Assembly: GCA_051313645.2 (NCBI GenBank)
Contig: JBNRSN020000058.1
Location: forward strand, 1,054,001-1,118,000
Direction: 5' to 3'
DNA: 64,000 nucleotides
DNA from: Centroscyllium fabricii
Taxonomy: Eukaryota
Shown: positions 48,644 through 61,892 of the stretch, one piece after another
How positions within the stretch are numbered: the stretch's first letter is position 1
Layout of the letters: the number at the start of each line of letters is the position of its first letter
The notes under the pieces: generated by a model
Seen by the model: only the letters and a program-made list of their open reading frames with translations
Databases searched by the model: none
What the model was told of the DNA's origin: nothing
Program-made: the position numbers and the translations under genes

Positions 48644-50339
48644 ATGACTATTAAAAAAAGATAAACTTTCACTGACGCCCTTATATGCATTCCAAGCGAC
48701 CTTTCAGCAATAGTGCAACATTCTCAAGGTCAGATGCAGAAAGAACTCCAGTAATGTCATCACACTTGCAGTCATTAGCTGTTTTAATAACTTTTAAGAA
48801 ATGGTTACATTTCCATGTCAAAGTTCAAAAATATGCAATGTGCGAATAAAAAATCGATTTAACAATATTTACCGTCTAATTCAAAGAAAATTGCTTTCGT
48901 TAACTTATATTGTATGAACGAAAAGCTGTGGAGATTTTGAAGGCCTGAGCAGGTCGAACCGTATTCAAAAAAACAACAGGGATTTGGGAGCAAAATGAGA
49001 TCAGACTTTAATTCTACAAACTCCAAATCCTTTCAGGCTATTAAATTATCGATTAAAGAACACAACTAAAAAACACACAAAACTGCTGAAAAAACAGGAC
49101 TGGCCGACATAAAACTTATTTGTAATTAAATTTCTATTCCCCACCCCTCTCCCCCCTCCCACCAACCATGCTTACATTCCTCTTGAGCAAAAGCAGCAGG
49201 TCAAGTCTTCAAACATCTCTACATAATCTCCATCAACATTCTCTTTAGTCAAATGTGGAACTTAACCCTGACCTGCTAAAGCAGAATTGGTGCAGCGTGC
49301 ATTCAATGTAAAGAAAATGGAATGGGGGTACTTACGCCAGCCTTTTGCAACGTTGCAAATGGTGGTCAAAGTTAAGGCTACCTTGAGCGCTATTTATGCC
49401 AGTTTGCAAATTCTAACAATGATTTAACATGATGGCGATCTGGTCATATCAGCGGATTAAAAACATCAATGGCTGCAGAAGAAACACAGTACAGCTTAAA
49501 TTTTTGTTTTGCTATTCAGGATATGACAGTAAAAATGAGTATTTCACTTGTACTGTACTGCAAAACATACAAGTCCTCTTTGTTTCGCATTATATGCAGC
49601 ATTATGCTGAATACACACTAGACACAGGTGGAGTGATTATTTCTTTGTAAGTAAAGGTGCCCCCTATGTAAATATATTTAATTATACCATGAACCCAGAT
49701 AGAAAGATCACTGAAAAAGACAGAAACTGTTAGTCACACCCAAGAGAGTGCTAAAGCTTCCCATCCATATATAAACTGTAAATAAAAAGTTGGCATGGTA
49801 TGGTGGGTGTGTGTGTGGGGGGGGGGGGGGGGGGGGGGGGGAGTGAGTACATTTTACTTCAAAAACTAGAACATATACATGTGAATATCAACAAAGTAGA
49901 CGATATACACCGAGTATTTATCGTCAGTGCAACTCAAGTACAAAATTAAAAGACAATAATTTTAAAAGTTACAGGTGCCTGTTATGTGCAAATATTCGGT
50001 TTACTACTAAACAATATGTGCCATATTAAAATAATGATATTGTAGCAATGCAAGTTTTACACATAATTTATTTAAAAAGTTAGTAACTTTGTTCTATTTA
50101 CAATATACTGGCAGCTAGGGTTTGGGAGTACCGGGCAATGGAAGGATCCTCCACAGGCTGGTGCTCTGAAACAGACCATTTCAGCGACACGAGAAATGGC
50201 AACAGATCCCAGAATAGGAAAATCTTTAGATGATCTGACAGAGCACTGGGTGGCAATGTCCTGCAAAAAAGTGAAGGAGAGTTGCCGATTTTGTCAATGA
50301 AAAGTGGATGTGCTCTGCCAAATGTGCCCAGCCCTGGGT

Positions 50340-51369
50340 ATGGTGGCATAGTGGTTATGTTACTGGACTAGAAGTCCAGAGGCCTGGACTAATGATCCTG
50401 AGGCTAAAAATCACAGCTGGAGAATTTAAATTCAGTTAATTAAATAAATCTGGAATAAAAAGCTAGTACAGGATGAACACCGTTATTCCGGTAACCGAAA
50501 AGCCGGCAACTTCAGTCGTCCGGCATAAATTGCCCCGACTGCCATGCGCATGCTCAAAATGGCCACCACGATCGATGCTTCGGTGAATGATCTGCACATG
50601 CGCTGCCGAACGGCGAGCGCATGCGCAGATCATTCAAAACGGCCTCCAGAGGCGGGACCGACCTTTGCCTCCTCATTAATGCGCCACCGAACGGTAAGGA
50701 TCTGCCGCTCACTCCGGCCTCACTCCCTCACCGCTGCCCGGGACCAGGCTCCGGCTACTAACTTGTTACTGCTGTGCTGAGCCTGCAGCCTGGGCCTCGA
50801 TTTATGGTTGTGTGCTGGGATGGGGGGGGGGGGGGGGGCGGGGGTGGAAAGAGTCCCATCCTGTCTGCCTGGTGAGCCGAGCCGAGGGATCTTTGCACGG
50901 CGGGTTCTGGGTGGCTGCAGCTACACTGCAGGTGATCAAAACTTCCGGCGGCCATTTCCAATGTTGTGCGCATGCGTGTGGCCATTTTGAATGGTGCGCG
51001 CACTGGCCGGCTTCATTCTTCCTGTTTTTTTGCTATACCGGCGCGGGCCTAGTCCCGCCCATGCCGGTATAATGGTGTTCAACCTGTATCAGTAACGGTG
51101 ACCATGAAACTACCAGATTGTCGTAAAGACCCATCTGGTTCACTAATGTCCTTTAGGGAAGGAAATCTGATGCCCTTACCCGGTCTGGCCTATATGTGAT
51201 TCCAGACCCACAACAATGTGGTTGACTCTTAACTGTCCTCTGAAATGGCCGAGCAAGCCACTCAGTTGTAAAAGGCGGCTCACCACCACCTTCTCAAGGG
51301 CAATTAGGGATGGGTAATAAATGCTGGCCTTGACAGCAACACCCACATCCCATGAATGAATTAAGAAAA
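50340..51369 (+). mobile_element. Short head+tail derivative (SINE-like) of the tRNA-headed LINE at 18872, interrupted by a MITE
   Basis: 50340-50468 and 51087-51270 match LINE ~18872-19180; 51271-51369 matches the LINE 3' end ~21708-21800. Confidence 0.88.
50469..51086. mobile_element. Tc1/mariner (pogo/Tigger-type) MITE
   Basis: TIR caggatgaacaccgttattccgg / ccggtataatggtgttcaacctg; TA TSD; the host SINE rejoins exactly (agctagta|tcagtaac). Confidence 0.88.
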
Positions 51370-51934
51370 GGTTGCATAATACTATACAATGTGACCGCAT
51401 CAGTATGCACACCAACATGAACATTGCTAATGGGTTGATTCCGCAGATGCAGACCTTCCTTTAGCAGACTTTGCCAACGGTGGTGATGTGGAAGGGCCAA
51501 CATCTGTCACAGAATATTGATGCAGACCATCTAGTTTGTATGCTGCAGCCCAGAGAAGGCCCTGTGGTGGATCCAGTAACAGGTGGAGTCTTCCCACCAC
51601 TCAATAAGCACAGTATGAACTGTGTTCCCTTGGGTGGCACATCTTTTGTGGTAGCAGCTGGTTCTTCCTGACAAAAGGACTTGATGTCCCACTGTTACTG
51701 GTTACTGTCCTCTTCAAATGGTTATAGCCTTAGGGTTTACTGCAGAAAAGCTGGAAGATGATGATTCCTCTGTCGAGGCATGAAGAACAAAGTTCCACTA
51801 ATGGCTTTGCAGTAAAAATGCACCCACAATGCAGGACTGCTGCAGAGGCCAGTGAGGCACAGAACAAATTATACAATTAAAATGCAGCGGAGCAATATAG
51901 GCATAGGACTTTACTTACATGAATAAATGTGTTT

Positions 51935-54376
51935 ACAACAACAACTTGCATTTATATAGTGCCTTGAACGTGGTAAAACATCCAAAGGTCCTTCACAGGA
52001 GCGTTAAAGTTTGACACCTAGCCACATAAGATGATATTTGGGCAGATGAGAGGTAGGTATTAAGAAGAATAGAGAGGTCGAGAGTCTGAGAGGTTTAGGG
52101 AGGGAATTCCAGAGCTTAGGGTCTCGGCAGCTGAATGAATGCCCACCAATGGTGGAGCAATTAAAAACGAGGATGCACAAGAGGCCAGAATTGGAGAAGC
52201 GCAGGTATCTCTGAGGGTTGTAGGGCTGGAGGAGGTTACAAAGATAGGGAGGGGTGAGGCCCTGAGGGGGTTTTAAAACAAGGATGAGAATTTTAAAATT
52301 GAGGCATAGCTTAATCGGGAGCCAGTGTAGGTCTATGAGCACAGGTGTGATGGGTGAATGGGACTTGGTGCAAGTTAGGATACAGGCAGCAGTTTTAGAT
52401 GAGGTAAGTTTATGGAAGGTGGAAGATGGAAGGCCAGCCAGGATTGCATTGGAATGGTCAAGTCTAGAGGTAACAAAGGCATGGATGAGGGTTTCAGCAG
52501 CAGATGAGCTGAGGCAGGGGCGGAGTCGAGCGATGTTAGAGGTGGAAGTAGGCAGTCTTAGTAATGACACAGATATGTCGTCAGTAGCTCATCTCAGGGT
52601 CAAATACGATACTAAGGTGGCAAACAGTCTGGTTCAGCCTCAGATCATTGCCAGGGAGAGGGAAGGAGTCGGTGGCTGGGGAACAGAGTTTGTGGCGGGG
52701 ACCAAAGACAATGGCCAAAATTTTCCCAGAAGTGCGGGGAATTGTCGGGTTTCAGGCGGATCAGGTTTCTGACCTGAATGTTAAAGTGCCTGGGAGCCCC
52801 ACGCTTAAGTGGCTTAAGTGGCCAATTAATTCCCCACATGTGGGAAGCCTTCCAAATCGACTATTTCCAGTCAGAAAGTCGCACAATATCACATCATCAT
52901 TGCTGGTGCATTTCAGGTCCACAGCATGTCTTGCTTCTGCTGCGGACTGCTAACCTTGTGCCCTTTTATGCCAGAGGGACCTGGAGGCGGAATGACCATT
53001 GAGAGACCTAGGTCTGCTTCCAGGTTTGATGATCTGGCCCTGCAAGCTTCATTTGAGGGAGCTAGAGCTCAAAGATGTGCTCTTCCCTTTTTCAGGGAGG
53101 AAGAAGTCTCCCCAGCAGGCTGTGTGTATCCAGGTGGCAGAGGAGGGCAACTCATTATCAATACCCCGCAGAACCTGCATTCAGTGCAGGAAGAGATTTC
53201 ATGACCTTCTGCACACTGGAAAAGTGAGGATGGAACTCCTATCACCCTCAATCTGAGCCCCAATGCCTTTCCTCACCAGCACTCAGCTTCAGCAATCTCT
53301 TCCTCCACATCCCACTTGACACTCACATCCATGCACCCTTACCTATTCCCTCTCTCTCTATGCTCACATTCACATAACTATTCCACCATGCAGCCCTCAC
53401 ACTCCCTATCACGCTGATGCTTTGAACACAACTGACAACACATATGGAGCGCCCTTGGTCTTGCCACCTCACTCCATCTTTGTCTCCTTCTAAGTATCCA
53501 GACAGGGACAGCAGTGGAGGGTCCTAGTCGGAGGGCGCAGGACTCTGCCAGCTCGGCTCAGCTGCATGTCGACCCTCTGCCTCTGGGTTCATCCATTTGA
53601 TTGGCAGTGCTGGAACTCCAGGAACAGATGCAGGAGGGGGTGGGTGAGCAGCAGCCTGGCGCTCCTGCTGCTGCTGTTGTTGTTCCTGGTACTGCTGGTG
53701 CTGCGGCTGGTGTGGGAGCTCATCTAATGTCCAGAAAGGTATAGCCTAAATGGCTTCCATGCTTTTGGCATATCCTCCGCTGAGGAAGTGCTGAGTGAAG
53801 GTGCCGAGAGGGGTTTCCCAGGAGTTCACACTGGAGATGTGTGTGAGGCTCCAACCTACCACAAGTGTGATTAGGACTTCGAAATGTTGCCCAAGCCAGA
53901 AAAAATAAGGTCCTGCCACCTGTATATGATGGCAGGTTCAATGTCAGACCAGATGGAGCTGCTGCTGAGAGTCAGCAAGCCGATTGTGTTTCCGCCAGGT
54001 TTCAGCGGCGAGGTTTGCAGTTGGCGGCATTTGTGTGGGGAACGTCTGAAAATTGCTAAGGGCCCTTAAAATGGCATTACAGATGCCAATTAAGGGCCCT
54101 TAATGAGCCTAACGACCATCCCCGCCAGTGGGAAAGATTCAGGGCGGGGAGACAGGGCGGCGGGAAATGGCAAAGCGGAGGGGATCCGGCGGGAGGGGTG
54201 GGGTCGGGACCCCCCGGTTTAGCAATTTTGCGGTCCGACCCGCCAAAAACCCCACCTCACGGCACCATGAAAATTTACCCCAATGGCTTCGGTCTTCCCA
54301 ATATTTCGTTGGAGAATATTTCTGCTCATCCAGTACTGGATGCTGGACAAGCAGTCTGACAATTTAGAGACAGTGG
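51935..54376 (-). mobile_element. L2 LINE 3' portion, split by a Harbinger derivative
   Basis: ORF 52004-52570 NIARLRPCLS..AETLIHAFVTSRLD..HSPITPVL..LHWLPI; tail acaacaacttgcatttatatag; rejoins at gacaat|ggcttcggtc. Confidence 0.9.
52713..54281. mobile_element. Internally deleted PIF/Harbinger element with Myb remnant (+, ~53000-53223) and probable transposase N-terminal remnant (-, ~53500-53760)
   Basis: AAT TSD; ends ggccaaaattttc / gaaaatttacccc; RPRSASRFDDLAL../DVLFPFSGRKK..QVAEEGNS..RRTCIQCRKRFHDL..GK|gtgag. Confidence 0.82.
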
Positions 54377-54452
54377 TACTACTAGAATGCTAATTAAGAC
54401 AAACATTATAGTGTTTCCAAACTACCTTTACTGTACGAGGGAAACTGCTTTT

Positions 54453-54455
<3 letters not shown>

Positions 54456-54491
<36 letters not shown>
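54456..54491. repeat. (AT)n microsatellite
   Basis: Directly visible. Confidence 0.95.
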
Positions 54492-54493
<2 letters not shown>

Positions 54494-54673
54494 CACACTT
54501 ACCAGGCTGCCAAGATTCTGGGGAAGTGTTACCTCCCTCATACAGTAGATGGAATTGCTTGGTGATCAAGTACTTAGATCAAGTAGGTGTTTTTCGAATA
54601 CCTCGGGGCTTCTTTGGTGCTTTGTTTAATCTGTTCTACTTTCTCCTCCTCTGCCAAACATTTAGTAATTTCA

Positions 54674-55129
54674 ATACTGACAAACTGCATCACAGTCTGG
54701 TATGGAAACTGCACCATCTCGGACCGGAAGGCCCTGCAGCGGGTAGTCAAAAATGCCCAATGAATCACCGGCACCCAGCTACCATCAATTGAAAGCACAT
54801 ACCTGAAACGCTGCCTACGGAGGTCTCAGAACATTATTAAAGACCCCACACACCCCAGCCATAGTCTGTTCGCCCCCCTGTCCTCCGGGAGACGCTACAG
54901 ATCAATTTGCACCCGCACAACCAGATTCAAGAGCAGCTTCTTCCCCAGGGCTGTCAGCCTCCTGAACTCTAACAAAAAAACTCCATTATCTGCACACCTG
55001 AAATGCATCTTATTGTATGCAACCTATGTTATGTAACTTATTTGCACTACTCTCGGGAGCGGCGAATCTACGTTTCGTTGTATTGTACTAGTACACTGCA
55101 ATGACAATAAAATTAAATTGAACTGAATT
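54674..55129 (+). mobile_element. 5'-truncated Rex1/Babar LINE
   Basis: LTNCITVWYGNCTISDRKALQRVVKNAQ*ITGTQLP..IIKDPTHPSHSLFAPLSSGRRYRSI.TRTTRFKSSFFPRAV; tail atgacaataaa...ttgaactgaa. Confidence 0.9.
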
Positions 55130-56322
55130 AGTATTGTTGCTGTTTTAATAAATGTTTTTCTAGTGATGTTGGTTGAAGAATAAATGTTGCTAAAACACTG
55201 AAAAAAAACCTCCGTTGTTCTTCTCATTTTTGCTCATTGAAAGGGTAGATTAAATAACTTCAACTAACCTCTGGTTATCTGCCTCAGTTCACCACTGGTA
55301 GTATGTATTTAAATCTTAGCATTCCCCATCTAGTTTTCAAGTAAACCCACTTACTGTCGCATTATTCTCACTAGTGTCTCAACACTTGCAAGTAAGTACA
55401 TCAGTCCTGAAGTGAACTGCCCATTGGTGCTCCTGGAAAAGTGTCTCTGCAATCACCTGGATCAAATTCCTGCGGTATAAGGTCGTTACATTGTCTTCAA
55501 GCTGCCCCGTGTCATTATGCTGTCTAATATGCATAGAGAGAGAAAAAATAGGGAGGTGCAAGTCACTAGCTCAGGAAGGAAGCTGTACACACTGTTACTT
55601 ATGACTAAATTAATTAAACCCATATTCGGTGTCTGATTTATTGCAGTTACCCAGTTTTTCATTAACCCCCATCCCATTATCTTAGCAAAGTTATTCCATT
55701 CTGTCTGTGTATGTCTCTTTCACCAACAAAGGCAAACAACACATTTCCAGACCTCTATCGCGCTCGTCAGAATTTAGCACAAGGGGAAGAGGGGTCACAG
55801 CCGAATCATTCTTCTATTCCATTCTTCTCTCCATCTAGGGGAGCACTTCACATGTCCCCAGATATCTTTGGCTAACATCAGGAGCTCGCCATGTGAGAAA
55901 ATCTTAGATATGATGCAGAATATTAGATCAGGAATGTGCTAAACTGCTAGGAGCACTCCTAACTTCAATGAAAACATCCAAACCAGTATACAGTGCAGCT
56001 TGGAAAGAGTTAATGCTAATAATGGACTCAAGTCTCAATCATGTAGCCTACTGCAAATCTGTAAAGCGATCCTTAATTTTGAAGTCTTTTGGAGTACATG
56101 AAACACAATGTACCAATGCTCTCTTCCCAACTGCCAGCAGCTGCGGGCATTGCATTGCATTATGGGATGCCAAGGCAGCTTTTCAAGTCCGAGTCTCAGA
56201 GTGCTGTGCAGTACAGAGCAAGTAGAGGCTCTTTTACATTTCTTCTGTTGATTGAGTTTTACAGTGTATTGATTGTTCTGACTGCAACCATCAAGCTGTA
56301 TATGCAGCACTATCTGCCCAGC

Positions 56323-56533
56323 TCTAAATCAAAGGACAAGGCATTTAGCAGCTCCATCTGCCCGAGTGCTGCTTTTTTAACACGTACAATACTGAATAAA
56401 TCAACACTGGGGCTGCATCATGATCCTGTTTTAGTTCACTGGTAGAAGTTAAAAAGCAGCCCACAGTCAATGTTGCTGCTGTCTAAACAGATGGAGCTGC
56501 TAAAAGCCTTATTGTTTGACTCTTTGATTTAGA
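56323..56533. repeat. Degenerate long inverted repeat (old palindromic element)
   Basis: tctaaatcaaag..aaggcatttagcagctccatctg..gctgcttttttaac versus gttaaaaagcagc..cagatggagctgctaaaagcctt..ctttgatttaga. Confidence 0.65.
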
Positions 56534-57457
56534 CTTAGGTAGGGCATTTAATCAGTTTCCTGATGTTGGCAGTTCTAGGTAGCTCCCTTTTATTTGAACA
56601 CAGAAACTATTTTGATAAAAATCAGTTAGGGGAAAAATATAAGACCCTATTGGACTTCTACGGCATGTGCTCTGAACCTTAAATATTATTATTTTTTGTT
56701 TAGTTTGCTAAATGCTCAATATGATTGTTCCTTACTTACCAGGCCTTGGATTGAACTGCATCAAGAGGATGGCAGGTAACATGTTATTATACTCTATTCT
56801 GGTACAGAATATTCAGTTATATCTTAAAATGGCAATGCTCTCGCTTAAACAGCATGAAATCAACTAAGTGGACAATTTATATTCAAATTCAAAAACCACT
56901 AATAGAAAATGTATTATCAGTATAACTACTGCAGCAAACCTGTACCTAGTGACTGCTGGAATTGTGCTCTCATTTGAAAGTACATTTGCCAAGGTGAGCT
57001 TTCTCATTTAAAGCCGTATGTATTGTATTTAGCAATTTCAAAGATTCAAGGTACTGGCAGTAGCAGTAGTTCACCGTACAAATACAAAAGACCCATAATT
57101 CATGAGCATTAGAGGCATGAGTGAGTTGACAGCGATTCTCACAAGTGAAACATAACCCACAATTGCTGCCACATAAACAAGATGATCGCCCCTCCTTCCC
57201 CGCACACTCACCCCCCCAACCCACCACTCCGCCCCTCACATAGGTAGCAGTGTCCCCGAGGCCCACAGAAGAATGCAGAACAAGGACCGGCACTTCCATT
57301 GCTGCTGATGCTCCTTGTGACTTCACTGGGTGCTGCGTATAATAGTTGATATTTTAACCGAAATGTTTGGGTGTCGGGGCAGGTGGGAAGAAGAAGCAAA
57401 TGACCAAAACATCTAAAAAAAAAGGTAGCCTCTAAATGTTTTGAATGCACTCTACAG

Positions 57458-57925
57458 CAGTGGTCCCCAACCTTTGTGCGTTCGCGGCCCGTTTTGGGCT
57501 TGTCAATTTCTTCGCGGACCGGTGGGGGGGGGTTCTGAAGGAGATTTTTACTCTCAGCGGGGGGGGGTGCTGACAAGGATTTTTACTCTCAGCGGGGCGG
57601 GGCTGACGAGGATTTTGACTCTCAGCGGGGGGGAGCTCACGAGCATTTTTAGTCTCAGCGGGGGGGGGGGCTAACGACGACTTTTACTCTCAGCGAGGGG
57701 GGGGGGGGGGTTTCTGCCGATTCACAGACGCTGCCGCGGCCAGTCGGTCATTTGCCACCGTTCCACGGCGGGTTCTGTGAGGCGGCGCATGCGCCGATCT
57801 TTGGCAGACGTTCAGCGACAAGGTCGATGATTCTGCGCATGCGCGGATTCTCAGAACATTCGCGGACCGGTAAATCTGTCCCGCGGCCCAGTGCTGGTCC
57901 ACGGACCGGCGGTTGGAGACCACTG
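57458..57925. mobile_element. hAT-Charlie-type MITE with internal ~36-bp G-rich tandem repeats
   Basis: TIR cagtggtccccaacc / ggttggagaccactg; perfect 8-bp TSD ctctacag (57450-57457 / 57926-57933). Confidence 0.92.
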
Positions 57926-60900
57926 CTCTACAGCATAGCCAAGATCCACTACAGGAATTTAATCAATTGAGCATTCATCAAAATAACTTAAAAGGTTTTC
58001 GCACGTTTTCAATAAAGTTATACAAAATTAAAGTTTATTAAAAAATAATACTTCTTCTATCTGCCGCTAATGATTTTTTGTGGGGTTGGGGTAAAATAAT
58101 GATAGAATAATTATCGTGTATTCCATAAACCTGTAACACATCCACCATCCTGTAATGCAAGATTCTGGTCAGAACTGCTACAAGTCAAGAAGTTCCCATA
58201 GCAATACAAACAGTCACATTGTTTGACACACCATACAGTAAACTTCAATTAACTCTCCCTCCCTCCCCTCCCCCCCCACACCACCCCATCTTATCCAAAG
58301 AGGTAATTAGACGAACACAGCAGATTCTGGCTAGTTCTCAGCCTATGCAAAACTACAGATGAACTGTCTGACTACAATTCAAATGCAGTCCTCATCAAGT
58401 TCAAATACAATCAAAGTCTGCACAATAAAGGCAGTGCAGTGGTTCGCGTTCTCCTGGCAGGGGCTTAAGACAATGAGCGTCTTGTTAGAAGGCATCTGAA
58501 CACAAAGAGTCTATTCTCAGCTGTTAGCTGAAGCTGCTGTTAAGAAATGGGGGGGGGGGGGGGGGGGGAATCCCAACCCATTAAAGGTCTGACTAGCTTC
58601 AGCCTTTATGAATGCCTCCCCTGAAAAAGTTTAATAGAAATATAACCCAGATATACCAGAATTAGAAATCTGAAGTTCGTCCAGGAAGTAAAAATGTCCA
58701 TTCCTGCTGAATCCAAATCCCACTTTTCATTTTTTTTCAAATCAGAGAATTGCAAATTAAATCAGATTCAGTAACTCACTCCAACTTAACTTTTAACTGG
58801 ATTTTGTTTCAGATCTGCTTTTAAAGTTTAGCAAGTTGAAACGTTCAGCAAGTTTGGAGAATGCAATTACCAAACACCAATACAAAATATTATAAATAAG
58901 TTTACTTTATAGGTGTCGGTGACACATTCACAGCCCAGGGTGTAGATGTAAATGACTGCAATTAATGAGTTATCCTTTAACCACCTGCATTATGTGACAT
59001 GTTCCAAAGTGCATTCTTACCACAAAACACTAAATTTGTGGGAATATATGGTACAAGTCATTTGGCGAACGTCCCATGTGACGTTGCGATGAAGGAACAC
59101 CCATAAAACAATATCACTGGATCAACAGCGGATATAAATATGGCCAGAAATATATATATTCCTTTATTCACTATCACAGGAGGTTTTTAAAAGGATAAAA
59201 GTATCTACATCAACCCAATGCATATTACAAGCATAGACTCTGTGCAAAGATATAGTTCAGTCAAACCAAGCATCCATTTTCCATTTTATCAGAAAGCAGA
59301 AGGAGGTGCTGCTGTGCAAATGAATTTTTTTTCATACTCCGACCATCCCAGAATATTCCAGCACTAGGAAACATTAGGTTAGGACGGACTGAATTTAAAT
59401 ACATCAGGAAACCATGCAGTTGAAATATCCCAAATCTGAATCACATTGAAGCAAACTTTGAATACGTTTTGTAGATCTTCAAAGCTAACTCTCACATTCA
59501 GGTACCTTCTTGTTCGGATACTTCAAGTGCAATTTGTGCTTTTGGAGTCAACACTGGTGATTGAAGCAATCAGGCAACTGCACTTACTGAATTGGTTAGT
59601 GCATCTCAGCGGATATAAAAATCCATCTGAATGTGGCAACATATCCAATTCAGACCTCTAGGAGAACTGCAGAGCTAAACCCTGGAAACAACAGTGAAGG
59701 GGTTAATTGGACGTTAATGCCGACAGTCCCCTTTCATCAAGTTTTGACAATTGGTGTACAGTATGTAGAATATTCCACTTACAAAAATTTAACTATGAAT
59801 ACAGTACAACTGTTGAGTTTGCAAGTGATACAGTCTAGGCATTTATAACTCATATACATACACACTATATGTACATAATCAACAAGGACTGAGATAACTA
59901 CAGAGCAGCTGCGTACTCCTAACAATTCACTTTTAACTCTGTATATTTACAGTAATTCACCAAGGAAAGAAGATTTATTTGCTAGGCCTGGATCTGCAGC
60001 TGCTGGTATCATCTCCTGGTCCATATTGGCACAAAGTGACTGTTCAAGATCTTGCCAAACATTTTATTATAGTTTACTACAATGACAAACTATCACTGTT
60101 TCATTGGAATTCTAAATTATTACAAAAAAATGAAGTTAATTTCATGAACTACCTGTAACAAGTCAGCCCATTAAATAGATTCCTTTCTTTAACTTCTCCT
60201 CTCCAACCTTTTCTTTTAAAATTATCAGATGTGAGAAAAGGGATTACTTTCTGCATGATAGAATAATCACAAAAAAAAGTCCCCCCTCAACTGGTTTCTA
60301 TTTTCTATATCCCCTTCCTGACCCAAACATAATGTTAATGCTTGGACAAGAGCAGTTACCATAGAAACAATCCAAAGCTGTTCCAGAGGGTCGTCTTGTG
60401 GGTAGATTTGAAGTCATTCAATCGATGCCAATCAATGGGAACATTCTTTCCGGTGCCAAGTAATTCCAACTGTATTTAAATCAGTACTGTACACATGGGT
60501 TCACTTAACCTTTAACTGGCTGGCCATTTATTTCAATACACAGTACAAATCTTTATGCAACACACTGGGGGTTAATGAAAACAACCTGCTAAATGGGGCA
60601 TCATCCCCAACAAGTCCCAAAAAATATACTTTGGTAGACAGTCAGCACGTTTCCTCTTTGGACCCAAGCAATCGGAATTTCTCCAGCAGGCTGAAGTTTA
60701 GAAACATTTGTTGATATTTCAATATAAACTGAGTCACTGCAGTGCTAAATAATAGCCTGTATGTTGGTTACCTTTACAAATGGTTCCACACGTCTGATCA
60801 AACACTAGCCTTCACCCGATTGGTGAATTCTTTCTTATTGACTCCGCACCTGGCAAAGGCAAGGGACAGAAACCAGCTGTGTGCTGCATCTAACATTGGT

Positions 60901-61044
60901 ACAGTATGCGTAGGCTTCAAGGCTGTAATTTTACCAGGGAAACAATCACCATCTTATGTTCAACATCAGTTGACTAACATTGTGATCAATTTTTAATCTA
61001 AATCATGGTAAAGTGCTGTTTCGATTCAACTAAAATTTGTGACA

Positions 61045-61892
61045 TAACAACAGAAAACGCTGAAAAAACTCAGCAGGCCAGGCAGCATCGGTGGAGAGAA
61101 ACAGAGTTAACGTTTCAGGTCGATCGATGATGACCTTTCTTCAGAACTGGAGAAACCAGGAGAGGGGGATCGATTTTAAAGCTGGTAGGGGCTGGAGAAA
61201 GGGGATGGGGCTGAAAGAACAAAGATAGAAGGCAGAGGAGATTGAGAGACATTAGGAGATATTCAAGGAACACAGGATGGCTGTGGCTAGGTGTGAACGG
61301 CTCTGGCAGAGAGAAGAAAAAAGAAAAAGGCCCAGATGAAAGTGTGGATTGAAAAAAAAGAGAAAATACATAGATATATAAAAAAGTGTGATGGGGGCCA
61401 AGGTTATGATCTAAAATTGTTGACCTCTATGTTTAGTCCAGAGGGCTGTCGAGTGAACTAAACATAGAGTTCAACAATTTTAGATCATAACCTTGGCCCC
61501 CCATCACACTTTTATATATATGTTCTCTCTTTTTTCAATCCACACTTTCGTCTGGGTCTTTTGCTTTTTTCTGTTTTCTTCTCTCTGCCAGAGCCATTCA
61601 CACCTATCCAGAGCCATCCTGTGTTCCTTGAATTTCTCTCAATGACTCTTAATCTCCCCCGTCTTCTATCCTGTCGCTGACCTTCCCTTGGTTCTTTCAG
61701 CCCCTCCCCCTTTCCCCAGCCCCTAACAGCTTTCAAATCAATCCCCTCTCCTGGTTTCTCCAGTTCTGAAGGTCATCGACCTGAAACGTTAACTCGGTTT
61801 CTCTCTCCACTGATGCTGCCTGGCCTGCTGAGTGTTTCCAGCATTTTCTGTTATTTCGGATTTCCAGCATCCGCAGTATTTTGTTGTCATAT
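61045..61892. mobile_element. Long palindromic Penelope-like element (inverted 3' ends)
   Basis: ~400-bp inverted arms; the centre encodes a GIY-YIG C-terminal-like peptide (minus TRQPSGLNIEVNNFRS*, plus LNIEFNNFRS*); exact 14-bp TSD taaaatttgtgaca. Confidence 0.9.
61105..61148 (-). ncRNA. Minimal hammerhead ribozyme motif (helix II loop enlarged)
   Basis: Minus strand agtt-CTGAAGA-aaggtc..gacct-GAAACGTT-aact. The mirror copy at 61762-61794 has a 4-nt deletion in the core. Confidence 0.55.

Noticed and set aside
51420-51850. Moderately GC-rich unique stretch as a coding exon
   Set aside because: The frames I translated contain stops or give no recognisable product.
52284-52772. 162-aa plus-strand ORF and similar ORFs at 34015 and 43755
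   Set aside because: These are antisense shadow frames of LINE coding sequence.
29653-58567. Numerous long poly-G/poly-C runs as a functional system
   Set aside because: They are scattered, often inside transposons, have no shared flanks, and homopolymer lengths are prone to slippage and sequencing error.
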